Shown here: one piece after another, positions 1 through 10,098 of the stretch
How positions within the stretch are numbered: the stretch's first letter is position 1
How the letters are laid out: each line of letters starts with the position of its first letter
Origin: an uncultured Methanolobus sp.
GTDB taxonomy: Archaea; Halobacteriota; Methanosarcinia; Methanosarcinales; Methanosarcinaceae
Direction: 5' to 3'
Length of the DNA stretch: 64,000 nt
NCBI GenBank assembly: GCA_963675495.1
Contig: OY776215.1
Coordinates: forward strand, 1,760,001-1,824,000
Made by a program: the position numbers and the translations under genes
The notes under the pieces: model-generated
Database searches by the model: none
What the model saw: only the letters and a program-made list of their open reading frames with translations
Told to the model about the DNA's origin: nothing

Positions 1-976
1 TGAGAGTTCCGGCGGTCAGGGCTATTATTGTGAGCCAGAGAGCTGCCCTATCTGCAAGGTTCTGTGTTTTAGACTTGCTTTGTTGGGCCTGTGTTACAAG
101 ATCAAGCATCTGAGAGAGGAATGAATCTTTTCCTGTCTTCCGGACTTCAACAGTAAGGGAACCTTCTCCATTTATGGCTCCAGCTATGACATCACCCCCC
201 GTTTCCTTTGGAACAGGATTTGATTCACCTGTGAGCATTGCCTCATTTACAGAGCTTTGTCCTTTTACAACCACACCATCAACAGGGATCTTCTCTCCGG
301 GTTTGACAAGTACTATGTCTTCTTTTTTGAGATTATCCACGGGAACATCATCAACATTTCCATCAGATTTTATCAGATGTGCACCAGATGGCATGAGTTT
401 TACAAGTTCCTCCAGAGCCATTGATGCTCCCATAACAGATTTCATCTCCATCCAGTGCCCAAATAGCATGATGTCTATCAAGGTTGCCAGTTCCCAGAAA
501 AAGAGTTTACCCTCAAGCCCGAACACCACAAGACTGCTGTAGCTGTATGCAACGGTGATGGCAACTGCGATAAGTGTCATCATACCAGGGCTTCTCGCTG
601 AGAGTTCGTCCTTTATTCCTTTAAGGAAAGGCCATCCTCCGTAGAAGAAAACCAAAGTGGAAAAAACAAAGAGAAGATATGTCTGTCCTGCAAAAGAGGG
701 GATAATGATACCAAAGCTTGAATCAAGGAATTGACGGATTATAGGAGACAGGAGAAGAATCGGTATGGTCAATACAAGCGATATCCAGAACCTCTTCCTG
801 AAATCCTGAACCATCATAGCATGGTGATTGGAATGCCCTTGATGGTTCTTGTGTCCTTCATGCTCTCCCTCATTTCCATACATTCCATGCTCATCGCTAT
901 GCTGGCCGGTATTTTCATTGTCCATTTTGTTCCCATCCCCACTTTCAGGTTCAGATACCTGCATCAGTTTCCGCAT
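1..976 (-). CDS. Heavy-metal (probably Cu2+) translocating P1B-type ATPase, CopB-like; 5' part only, runs off the window edge
   Basis: Not in the ORF track; translated by hand from ATG at 976 after a GGGGAG RBS. His-rich N-terminus (HEGHKNHQGHSNHHAMMVQDFRKRFW), YGGWPF, PGMMTL, actuator motifs GEKIPVDG and TGES. Confidence 0.88.
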   Translation of the reverse strand, partial: MRKLMQVSEPESGDGNKMDNENTGQHSDEHGMYGNEGEHEGHKNHQGHSNHHAMMVQDFRKRFWISLVLTIPILLLSPIIRQFLDSSFGIIIPSFAGQTYLLFVFSTLVFFYGGWPFLKGIKDELSARSPGMMTLIAVAITVAYSYSSLVVFGLEGKLFFWELATLIDIMLFGHWMEMKSVMGASMALEELVKLMPSGAHLIKSDGNVDDVPVDNLKKEDIVLVKPGEKIPVDGVVVKGQSSVNEAMLTGESNPVPKETGGDVIAGAINGEGSLTVEVRKTGKDSFLSQMLDLVTQAQQSKSKTQNLADRAALWLTIIALTAGTL

Positions 977-1126
977 TAACTCCCCAATACTTTGGCTTGT
1001 GGTTTTAAACCCATTGTATATGTGGGATAGTGGAAGATAAAAACTCTTTGGAAGGTGGTACAAAATAAAAAACACCAACATGCATTAGTAAAAACAAGAT
1101 TATAAAAATATCAAGAAGATGAAATT

Positions 1127-1756
1127 ATGTTAAAGATAACACCATATATGGGACCGCTTGTCATAATCGTTTCAATTGCAGGATTATGGTTCCCGATACT
1201 TGGTTATTTCATGTTGCTGGTGTTTGCCGCTATTTTTCTGATAGCACCATTCAGAGGGCGCTGGTTCTGCGGGAATCTATGTCCAAGAGGAAGTTTCATG
1301 GACTTCTGGGTCGGTCGGGTATCTGAGAAGAAAAAGATACCAAAGGTACTCAAAAGTTATTGGATAAGATTTCCTCTTTTTATGCTGATGATGGTATTCA
1401 TGGGTTACAGGCTGATGAATACTCAGGGGCTTGTGAACCAGATAGGTATGGTTCTTGTTGTTATGTGCCTGACAACATCGTCCATTGCAATTATACTGGG
1501 GGTAACGATTGCTCCGAGAACCTGGTGTACTTTTTGTCCAATGGGAACCCTGCAGAGCATTGTTGGAGTGAACAAATACCCACTACAGGTTGATATCGAT
1601 AAATGTATAAAATGCTACAAATGCGAAAAAGTGTGCCCTATGCATCTGAATATAGTAGAGATAACCAACAATCCGGATTGCATCAAATGCGGGAGATGCA
1701 TCGATATATGCCCGAAGGATGCACTGAGCTTTAAAAGATCGAGTAGAAGATCATAA
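1127..1756 (+). CDS. Membrane 4Fe-4S binding protein (NapH/MauN-like polyferredoxin)
   Basis: TM helices, two CxxxCP motifs (CGNLCP, CTFCP) and two CxxCxxCxxxCP ferredoxin motifs. Confidence 0.85.
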   Translation: MLKITPYMGPLVIIVSIAGLWFPILGYFMLLVFAAIFLIAPFRGRWFCGNLCPRGSFMDFWVGRVSEKKKIPKVLKSYWIRFPLFMLMMVFMGYRLMNTQGLVNQIGMVLVVMCLTTSSIAIILGVTIAPRTWCTFCPMGTLQSIVGVNKYPLQVDIDKCIKCYKCEKVCPMHLNIVEITNNPDCIKCGRCIDICPKDALSFKRSSRRS

Positions 1757-1814
1757 GTTCTTTTTTATTATTGACCTAAAAATACAAAAACAATGACCTA
1801 CTTTCAAATGTAAT

Positions 1815-2600
1815 ATGGACACAATGAACTTTGATGGCTCCTGCGATCCAAATCCGGGAGGAATAATGGGATTTGGATGGGTAATCAACTGGAGCAGTGG
1901 GAAAGTTCCAACTGAAGGAAGCAAGGAAAAAAAGCCCACTCCCTCCAATACCAACAATGTTGCTGAATATACCGCGCTGAAAGAAGGAATACTTAATTAT
2001 CTGAAGCTTGGAGGGAAAGGTCCCCTCCAGGTTTATGGTGATAGTAAGCTTGTGATAAGCCAGATGTCAGGTAAATGGAAGGTTAAGAACCAGAACCTTG
2101 CAGCGATAAAAGAGGAGACAGCATCTATAATCAAAAAGCATGACCTGAAGGTTAAGTTCGATTGGGTTCCAAGGGAACAGAATAGCACCGCTGACAGGCT
2201 GGCAATGCCAAAATCCTCATCAAAGAATACATCCAAGAACTCTTCGAAGACTTCTTCTGTTAAACCGTCAGACAGGAAGTTCATTGCAAATGTTAATTCA
2301 ATGTCTGTTTCTCCTCAGTTAAAACTGGGAATAAATGAATTGAATACCAGTCCCTCTCCTTCCTTTAAATCCTTCGCCCAACTGAAAACAGGTGGGATGG
2401 ATGCTTTTTCCAGAAAAAGACTTGGTGAATTGCAGAAAGAAGCCGGGGAAAAAGTATCATCGATCGTCCAGAAAGAGTTTCCAAAAAACCCCACATATCA
2501 GGCTTCTGCATTGAGATGGATGCTGCGGGGACTGGCAACAGATTTTGCTGTCAGAAAGGTTCAGGTCGATGTTGAGATCAGCAAAAAGAAAAAAAGATAG
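1815..2600 (+). CDS. rnhA: Ribonuclease HI with an extra C-terminal domain
   Basis: FDGS..NPG, TNNVAEY, GDSKLV and WVPREQNSTAD RNase HI motifs in the first ~130 aa. Confidence 0.85.
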   Translation: MDTMNFDGSCDPNPGGIMGFGWVINWSSGKVPTEGSKEKKPTPSNTNNVAEYTALKEGILNYLKLGGKGPLQVYGDSKLVISQMSGKWKVKNQNLAAIKEETASIIKKHDLKVKFDWVPREQNSTADRLAMPKSSSKNTSKNSSKTSSVKPSDRKFIANVNSMSVSPQLKLGINELNTSPSPSFKSFAQLKTGGMDAFSRKRLGELQKEAGEKVSSIVQKEFPKNPTYQASALRWMLRGLATDFAVRKVQVDVEISKKKKR

Positions 2601-2625
2601 CTGTATAGTTTTTATTTAATTCGGT

Positions 2626-4227
2626 TCACAGTGCTTTTTTAACTGTGAACCAGAAAACGCTTCCCCTTCCAAGTGGGTTGTTATCCACACCGATTTCTCC
2701 ATTGTGGAGTTCGACAATTCTTTTGGCAATGGCTAGCCCAAGACCGCTTCCTTTTACGCTTCCTTTGTCTGCCTGCTTGAAACGCTCAAATATCATGGCC
2801 TTGTCCTCATTGCTGATACCCGGACCAACATCATTGACCTTGATTTTCCATTTATCTCCTATATCTGAGATATCAATTGTTATTTTCCCTTTTGGAGGGC
2901 TGAATTTAATGGCATTGGAAATCAGATTCAGGAATACCTCTTCTATCAGAGGATTTATAAGTGAAGGGCATTCTTTTGCAGATTTAAAATCAAGTTCAAT
3001 GTCCATTTTATTCATTTCAGGGCCAAAGTTCCTGATAACTTTCTCCAGAATGGGTACAAAGTCCTGCTCTTCAAATCTGATATCATCGATAGATTCAAGT
3101 TTAATGAACTTTGAAGCCGATTCTATCATATAGATCAACTTTTCGTTGTTCTTGTGTATTCTGTCAAGCAGTTTTTTCTTGTTATCTTCATCTTCAACTA
3201 TAATGAGTTCCTCAGTGAAACCCCTGATAATATTTGCAGGGTTGAGAAGATCATGGGTGAGTATGTCAGTGAACAATACTTTGAGATAATTTGCATCTTC
3301 AAGCTCTTTTGCATACTTTTTGAGGTTCTCTTCAGTTTCCTTTCTGCTCAGAGACTCAGCAAGTACATTGGTCACAGACTGTACAAAGTGCATATCATCG
3401 TTTGTGAACACCCTTTTTTGAGTGGTGTGTACGTTCATAGTTCCGAAAGGTTTCTCCTTGCTTCCGATAACTGAGTCCATTCCACTTAAAATTCCTTGGT
3501 CTTTTAACAAGGATAAACCACTGAATTTTTTCTGCGTCCTATTCTCATGAACTATGGCTCTTTCACCTGAATAAAGAGTGTAGCAAATAATTTCATTTTT
3601 ATTCCTGTCCTTGTTTTCAGACTTAACGTTGTATTCTTTTTCCCATCCTACACCTGCAACCATAATGGAATTCTCATCCTCGTGTTTCATTATTCGGCAA
3701 TATTCAACATCAAGTGTGCTGGCTACAAGTTTGACAGATTCCATCATCAGAGTATCAAGATCCGCCCCGGCAAGTCCTTCCTGTCCAAGTTTAGCAACAG
3801 CAGCCTGCTGTTTTTCCCTCATCTGTAGGACTTTTTCTACGGATTTACGCTCACTGATGTCCTTTGTATGTCGCACGACCATTGTGACATTTTCATTGTC
3901 ATCAAAAACAGGGGATAACTCAACAAGTTTCGTTTTATTATCCAGAGGGTCTTCAATTTCAAATTTCTTGCATACACCGCTTGCAAAAACCTCAATCAAG
4001 TGGCATGGTTCACAGGGTTTGCTTTGCTTCATCAGGCAGCTATAACAAAAAGGATGTCCCTGTTTTTCATTTGCAGGTATTGACTCACAATTCTTCCAGT
4101 TGCTTACTACGATTTTCAGATCACGGTCTATCACGACTATGAGGTCTTGAACTGATGTAAAGGCCTTTTTCAGGAGGTTGAGCTGTTGATTCTTTAGCTC
4201 ATCGTTTTTTGGTTCACAGATTGAAAT
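2626..4227 (-). CDS. PAS/GAF sensor histidine kinase
   Basis: H-box THDLLNP, NLISNAIKF, DVGPGI, GSGLGLAI. The track start is GTG 4134, but the frame stays open upstream and an ATT start at 4227 is proposed. Confidence 0.9.
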   Translation of the reverse strand: MSICEPKNDELKNQQLNLLKKAFTSVQDLIVVIDRDLKIVVSNWKNCESIPANEKQGHPFCYSCLMKQSKPCEPCHLIEVFASGVCKKFEIEDPLDNKTKLVELSPVFDDNENVTMVVRHTKDISERKSVEKVLQMREKQQAAVAKLGQEGLAGADLDTLMMESVKLVASTLDVEYCRIMKHEDENSIMVAGVGWEKEYNVKSENKDRNKNEIICYTLYSGERAIVHENRTQKKFSGLSLLKDQGILSGMDSVIGSKEKPFGTMNVHTTQKRVFTNDDMHFVQSVTNVLAESLSRKETEENLKKYAKELEDANYLKVLFTDILTHDLLNPANIIRGFTEELIIVEDEDNKKKLLDRIHKNNEKLIYMIESASKFIKLESIDDIRFEEQDFVPILEKVIRNFGPEMNKMDIELDFKSAKECPSLINPLIEEVFLNLISNAIKFSPPKGKITIDISDIGDKWKIKVNDVGPGISNEDKAMIFERFKQADKGSVKGSGLGLAIAKRIVELHNGEIGVDNNPLGRGSVFWFTVKKAL

Positions 4228-4518
4228 ATGGATTCCCCGTTTATTGAAGGTAGCAAGATTATTCTGTAAATTGGTTATGCCAATAGTATAATTTTATAGC
4301 ATTCATTTACAAGTGAAAGGTGTCTTGGATTCTCATATTTATATGTATCCGGCATGACTGGATATCATAATGAGAATGATGTTGATATGTAGAAATTTGT
4401 TTTTAGCCGCTTTAATGAAACGAGTCGAAAATCTATATGAAGGGACTTTAAAAAATTATAAAAAAGTTTGAATATCCAATCTCAGATATTCGATGCAAAG
4501 CAATATTTGATATAAAAA

Positions 4519-5373
4519 TTACAATTTTATTCCGCAATGTTTGCAGAATCGGGCATCTATATCATTATTCTGATTGCCGCAATTATTGCAGATGATTTTA
4601 GGTCTTGCCCTATCCCTTGCATCAATAGATGCCAGGCTCATCTCAGCTGTTACAATACCTGTAGGGACAGCAATAATACTGTAACCCATTATCATAACAA
4701 CAGAAGCCAGAGTTCTTCCAAGTGATGTCTGTGGCACAAGGTCACCAAAGCCTACAGTTGTCAGGGTTACAATAGCCCAGTATATGCTCATTGGTATACT
4801 TGAAAATCCGTTCTGCTCTCCTTCTATCAGGTACATGAGTGATCCAAGGATAACGACAAGTGTTAGTACCGCAAAAAGAAAAACAGTAATCTTCCGGCTG
4901 CTGGCCTTCAAGGCATCGATCAGTAATTCAGCTTCATTAAGGTACTTGACCAGTTTGAGAATACGAAATATTCTCAGGACCCTGAGTATCCTTATAACCA
5001 GCAAAAACTGGCTTCCTGGCAGGAACAGGCTCAGATAGGTCGGGACTATTGCCAGCAGATCAACTATTCCAAAAAGACTTGTTGAGTATTGGATCTTGCT
5101 TTTAACGGATATAAGTCGAAGAATGTATTCAATCGTAAAAAGTATCGTGAAAAACCATTCTATATTGTAGAGGAATTCTTCGTTTCCAATCCTAAATGAT
5201 TTGACGCTGTCCAGCATAACTACAAGGACACTCAACAGGATGCTTATTATAAGCAAGAGATCGAAATATCTTCCTATAGGTTTCTCTGCCTCAAATATAA
5301 CATCATATAGGCGGCTTCTCCAGTTATTACCATCGGGTCTGTTGCTAGAATATACATCCTCATATGGAGCCAT
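4519..5373 (-). CDS. Voltage-gated-type potassium channel with C-terminal zinc ribbon
   Basis: S4 helix IRILRVLRIFRILKL, selectivity filter TTVGFGD, CxxC..CxxC tail. Confidence 0.9.
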   Translation of the reverse strand: MAPYEDVYSSNRPDGNNWRSRLYDVIFEAEKPIGRYFDLLLIISILLSVLVVMLDSVKSFRIGNEEFLYNIEWFFTILFTIEYILRLISVKSKIQYSTSLFGIVDLLAIVPTYLSLFLPGSQFLLVIRILRVLRIFRILKLVKYLNEAELLIDALKASSRKITVFLFAVLTLVVILGSLMYLIEGEQNGFSSIPMSIYWAIVTLTTVGFGDLVPQTSLGRTLASVVMIMGYSIIAVPTGIVTAEMSLASIDARDRARPKIICNNCGNQNNDIDARFCKHCGIKL

Positions 5374-5383
5374 TATTTTTTCC

Positions 5384-6472
5384 TCAAAAATCAAACAGGC
5401 TTTTTTGTCCGGTGTTTCCCTGCAGGTTATCTACCCTGACACCTATACGTCTGAAGTTCATTTCACTTTCCTCAAGGAACTGGCTCATCAGTTCTTTTGC
5501 ATTCTCACTGAGAATATCCCTGTCACTTACAACATGATTTAGCGTTTTACTTTTTGTTGAAGTTTTGAAGTTTGAGAATATAACTGTTACTGTTAAGGAA
5601 CGAAAAGACACCTTCCTTGCTTTTACTTTGCCTATGACATCGTCCATGAGTTCATCCAGCAATGAAAATATCATATTCTCATTTCTGCTGTCATGTTTAA
5701 GGGATGCCATTCTACCTATCTGGTCAGTTGCTGTCCTTTCTTTTACAGGAGTTTCATCAACACCTGATGCAGCCTGCTTGAGCCATGTACCTTTGTTCTT
5801 CCCAAAAACAGATATCAGTTCCATGGAATCATAAATTGCAAGGTCCTCAATGTTCATGATGCCCATTTCAGATAATTTATCTTCAGTGACCTTTCCGATT
5901 CCCCATAATTTCTTCACAGGCATGGGTTTAAGGAACCCATGTACCTCTTCTGGTTTGATAACGGTGATTCCATCAGGTTTTTGGAACGAGGATGCCATCT
6001 TAGCGATGAGTTTGTTTGGACCTATGCCCACAGAACATGTTATTCTTTCCTGAGATTTCACTTCCTCTTTAATTCTCAGGCTAATTTCCTTTGCAAGTTC
6101 GTAGTCACCTTTACATGATTCAGTAATATCAAGGAAAGCCTCATCAATGCTGATCTTTTCGAAGGCCTCGTAGCTGTCGGAATTTTTTTTCAATATCTCC
6201 ATCACGTTTGCAGAGACTTCCTCGTAGAAAGGCTTGCGCACCGGCAGAAAAATTGCATCCGGTTTTTTCGATTTTGCCAGTTTGCAGGGCATAGCCGAGC
6301 GTATACCTGCTTTCCTGGCAACATAGTTAGATGTGCTTACAGCTCCACCCGATTCTCCCCTGTTCGAATACATACAGACAACAACGGCTTTACCTTTAAG
6401 AGAAGGGTCCTCCCTTTCTTCTATGGCTGCATAAAAGTAGTCCATGTCCACATGGATTATCACGCGTTCCAT
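5384..6472 (-). CDS. dinB: DNA polymerase IV (Y family)
   Basis: HVDMDYFYA, SIDEAFLD, AKMAS and WGIG motifs. Confidence 0.95.
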   Translation of the reverse strand: MERVIIHVDMDYFYAAIEEREDPSLKGKAVVVCMYSNRGESGGAVSTSNYVARKAGIRSAMPCKLAKSKKPDAIFLPVRKPFYEEVSANVMEILKKNSDSYEAFEKISIDEAFLDITESCKGDYELAKEISLRIKEEVKSQERITCSVGIGPNKLIAKMASSFQKPDGITVIKPEEVHGFLKPMPVKKLWGIGKVTEDKLSEMGIMNIEDLAIYDSMELISVFGKNKGTWLKQAASGVDETPVKERTATDQIGRMASLKHDSRNENMIFSLLDELMDDVIGKVKARKVSFRSLTVTVIFSNFKTSTKSKTLNHVVSDRDILSENAKELMSQFLEESEMNFRRIGVRVDNLQGNTGQKSLFDF

Positions 6473-6526
6473 TAGTAAGTAAGAAGGTCCGGGTGCTTTT
6501 TATTGTTAACTGATGCTTTTGTTTTC

Positions 6527-7585
6527 TTAGAGTATTGGGTCCCTGCAATCCACATAGATACTGCTGAAATCAGGTAGTTTTCCTGAAATTGGTTTTGCGT
6601 AGAGGTACATTTTATCATACAGTGGCTTGAATTTTTTCACAACTTCAAATATCGGATCTTCGGGGTCTGTGTAAATTCCGAAGAACTCACATTTTGTATC
6701 GAACATGAGATTATTGCAGTAGTTCATGATCTCTTCCATTGCAAGAGCATGTTCGGGTTCAAATGCGTGGTCCACTATGGAATGGAATTTGAAGAATTTC
6801 CCTTCAGGTGGTATTCTTGGCATACTGATAAAATGCCTGAGTATTCCGTAGGCATTTGACATGAGCTTCCACATCATTGGTTCTTTTGTGTATGTCATTT
6901 CCATGAGAATCGAAGAATCCCAGAAGCCAGCACAAGCCACTATTTTACCTTTCCACTTTGCCACAATGAAATTTTCAAGTCCATACCCCAATATTCTGTT
7001 TGTACGTTCCTTAAAGATTTCAGTTGTAAATGGTGAAAAGTGAGCTCTTCCATCGTAATAACTATTAATGAGTCTAACAGCTTCAGGAAGGTCTTTTGCT
7101 TCGACTCTCTCAAGATCATAATCTCTTTCAGTATGCTCTCTTTTATATGCAGACATCCCAATCGTCTGTATATCCTTTTCCTTAATGTAACCCAGTTTTT
7201 CGAAAAGCTTTATTGAAGGTACATTTGGTCCGTACACATAAGAGTATATATGTGAAGCTTTTGTTTCCTGTGCGACTTTCTCAGCTTCTCTTACGAGTTT
7301 GACTGCTATTCCCTTTTTTTGGTAGTCAGGATGCACCATAACTTCGGCTATGTAGGCATAATTCTGCTTAGGGGTTTGTTTTATGGTCCAGCCAACCCAA
7401 CCCACAGTTGTACTGTCTTCTTCAGCAACACGAATTTCCCAGTTATCGTAAAGTTCATACCTTGCAGTTATGTCTGGTTCCTTATCAACAACCATTGCAC
7501 ATTCTTCATTTCCCTGAGGACACAGTCTTTCAATATTTAGCAAGGTCTCGTTGTCTTCTTCTTTAAAAGGCCTGATATTTAACAT
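6527..7585 (-). CDS. GNAT family N-acetyltransferase (long, two-domain)
   Basis: VHPDYQKKGIA acetyl-CoA motif and N..SIKLFEKLG. Confidence 0.8.
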   Translation of the reverse strand: MLNIRPFKEEDNETLLNIERLCPQGNEECAMVVDKEPDITARYELYDNWEIRVAEEDSTTVGWVGWTIKQTPKQNYAYIAEVMVHPDYQKKGIAVKLVREAEKVAQETKASHIYSYVYGPNVPSIKLFEKLGYIKEKDIQTIGMSAYKREHTERDYDLERVEAKDLPEAVRLINSYYDGRAHFSPFTTEIFKERTNRILGYGLENFIVAKWKGKIVACAGFWDSSILMEMTYTKEPMMWKLMSNAYGILRHFISMPRIPPEGKFFKFHSIVDHAFEPEHALAMEEIMNYCNNLMFDTKCEFFGIYTDPEDPIFEVVKKFKPLYDKMYLYAKPISGKLPDFSSIYVDCRDPIL

Positions 7586-7829
7586 TTGATCATCCCAAAC
7601 AATCTTGTTTATGTGTTGACTTTCCGATACAAAAATACCTTAAAAGCAAAGCTGTAACTCAATGCCACAAGTTCTCTGTGCTTAAATACTCCCAAATAAA
7701 TCTTGAAGTTGATTGGATATATACGTTTTGGATATAAATGAATCAACAATAATAAAAAAAGCAAAAGGCAGCTGATTAATTATCTACAACAGTGTCTGCC
7801 TTCCTGAGCATTTCAATTCTTAGTAGCGT

Positions 7830-8759
7830 TTAATCTTCAAACTCAGCGAGCGCTGTACTGAGGTATCTCTCACCTGTGTCCGGTAATATCACAACTATGA
7901 GTTTTCCGGCATTTTCTTCTCTTCCTGCCACTTGCAAAGCTGCATGAAGAGCTGCACCGCATGAGATTCCTGCAAGTATTCCTTCCTTTTTTGCAAGTTC
8001 TCTTGCAGTTTCAAAAGCATCGTCATTACTAACTCTCACAACCTCATCGATGATATCCATATTTAGTACATCAGGGATAAAACCGGCACCAATTCCCTGT
8101 ATCTTGTGGGGTCCGGGTTTCCCGCCGGAAAGAACAGGTGAATCATCAGGTTCAACTGCTATTGCTTTAAAACCAGGCTTTCGGGATCTTATTACTTCTG
8201 AGATTCCGGTAATTGTTCCTCCTGTACCGACACCTGCCACGAGATAATCTATTTTCCCATCTGTGTCATTCCATATTTCCTCAGCCGTGGTACGGCGGTG
8301 GATATCAGGATTTGCAGGGTTCATGAATTGGTGAGGAACAAAAGAGTTTGCAGTTTTCTTTGCCAGATCACTGGCTTCGTCTATGGCACCTTTCATGCCT
8401 TTGCTACCAGGGGTGAGTACTATCTCAGCACCTAACAATCTCAGTATTTTCCTTCTTTCCATACTCATTGTATCAGGCATGGTCAAAATGAGACGGTATC
8501 CTTTTGCTGCACAGACAAATGCAAGACCAATACCTGTATTTCCCGAAGTTGGTTCAATAATGACCGTATCTTTATTGAGACAATCATCTTTTTCAGCAGT
8601 CTCTATCATGTTCAGGGCAATACGGTCCTTAACAGAACTTAGAGGGTTGAAAGATTCTACTTTTGCAATCACGGTTGCATAACATCCCTCATTTATTCTG
8701 TTCAAGCGTACAAGTGGTGTATTACCAACGGTTTTAGTGATGTCTTGGTAGATTCGCAT
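7830..8759 (-). CDS. cysK: Cysteine synthase A (O-acetylserine sulfhydrylase)
   Basis: PLP lysine motif [34 protein letters not shown]. Confidence 0.97.
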   Translation of the reverse strand: MRIYQDITKTVGNTPLVRLNRINEGCYATVIAKVESFNPLSSVKDRIALNMIETAEKDDCLNKDTVIIEPTSGNTGIGLAFVCAAKGYRLILTMPDTMSMERRKILRLLGAEIVLTPGSKGMKGAIDEASDLAKKTANSFVPHQFMNPANPDIHRRTTAEEIWNDTDGKIDYLVAGVGTGGTITGISEVIRSRKPGFKAIAVEPDDSPVLSGGKPGPHKIQGIGAGFIPDVLNMDIIDEVVRVSNDDAFETARELAKKEGILAGISCGAALHAALQVAGREENAGKLIVVILPDTGERYLSTALAEFED

Positions 8760-8831
8760 TTTCTCAACTCCCTATATTAGTCAGCTCTTGATATTCCAAA
8801 ATAATATGAAAATACTTTCAAATTTATGTCC

Positions 8832-9797
8832 TCACTTTTTTTCCTTAAAAATGAGCCTTGGTTCCTCAATGACAACCTTCGTATCCGGTGGAACGGATCT
8901 AGTTAACCACACGCTACCACCAATAACCGAACGTGCTCCGATTACAGTTTCTCCGCCAAGTATGGTTGCGTTTGAATAGATTATAACGTTATCTTCTATG
9001 GTAGGGTGTCTCTTTTCTCCACGAATGAGCTTGCCGGTGTCATCTTTTGGGAAACTCAGGGAACCAAGGGTAACACCCTGATAGATACGGACGTTGTTTC
9101 CAATTTCACATGTCTCACCAATGACGACACCTGTTCCATGGTCGATGAAGAATCCATTTCCTATCCTGGCTCCAGGGTGAATATCAATTCCAACGATACT
9201 GTGAGCATATTCTGTCATTATTCGTGGAACTATGGAAATTCCCTGTTTGTGCAGTTCATGGGCTGATCTGTAGACCGTCATGGCAAGTAGGCCAGGGTAA
9301 CTGAAAATGATCTCATCATAATTTTTAGCTGCAGGGTCTCCCTCGTATATGGCAATAATATCCGATGCCAGCATGGACCGTATTTCGGGAATCTTTTTCA
9401 GGAACTTCAATGTTTCCTCATGTCCGCGGTCAATACATTCGGTGCATTCTTCTTCAAAGCGATTGCATTCATGTATGATGCTGTTGGTTATTTGTTTTGA
9501 GAGTTTGCTAAAGAGTTCGGTAATCTCGTTTCCGATGTGATATGAAAGTGTGTTCCTGTCAACAGTCTGATCCCCAAAGTAACCGGGAAAAAGAATGTCC
9601 TTTATCAGATCAATTATTTCTATAAGCGATTCTTTTGATGGTATTACTGCAGCATCAAGATGGTCAAAGCACCCCTTTTCAGAGCAACTGTTTATGACCA
9701 TGTCCACAATTTCAGGGATTTCTGACCGGTATTCGTTATCGATCATAGAATCCAGTATCACGCATCTTTGCTTTTGCGCTGGTGATTTTTTATCCAT
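8832..9797 (-). CDS. cysE: Serine O-acetyltransferase (long EpsC-type)
   Basis: GDPAA, IDIHPGA, FIDHGTGVVIGET, KRHPTI hexapeptide repeats; directly upstream of cysK. Confidence 0.95.
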   Translation of the reverse strand: MDKKSPAQKQRCVILDSMIDNEYRSEIPEIVDMVINSCSEKGCFDHLDAAVIPSKESLIEIIDLIKDILFPGYFGDQTVDRNTLSYHIGNEITELFSKLSKQITNSIIHECNRFEEECTECIDRGHEETLKFLKKIPEIRSMLASDIIAIYEGDPAAKNYDEIIFSYPGLLAMTVYRSAHELHKQGISIVPRIMTEYAHSIVGIDIHPGARIGNGFFIDHGTGVVIGETCEIGNNVRIYQGVTLGSLSFPKDDTGKLIRGEKRHPTIEDNVIIYSNATILGGETVIGARSVIGGSVWLTRSVPPDTKVVIEEPRLIFKEKK

Positions 9798-10098
9798 AGT
9801 TTACCACTACCTGTTTTTGACTAGTTGAATTGTTAACGGTGTGAACGCGTGTTATGCTTTAAAGAATCGGTGAATTATGTAGTACTAATTTTTCCGGCAA
9901 AGTATCTGTCGAAAATCAATTAATGGTCTACTTTCAGCACTCCCATATGATGGTTGAAAGCAATGAGATTTAAAAGCTTTGAAGTTACATAAATACCAGT
10001 CTAAAAATGAGAGTTTAGGATCCAGGAAGGGAACATTTTTCATCTGCTTCTCCGTGAATTTAAACAACTCTTAAATACCAGACAATAATAGACCTTTT

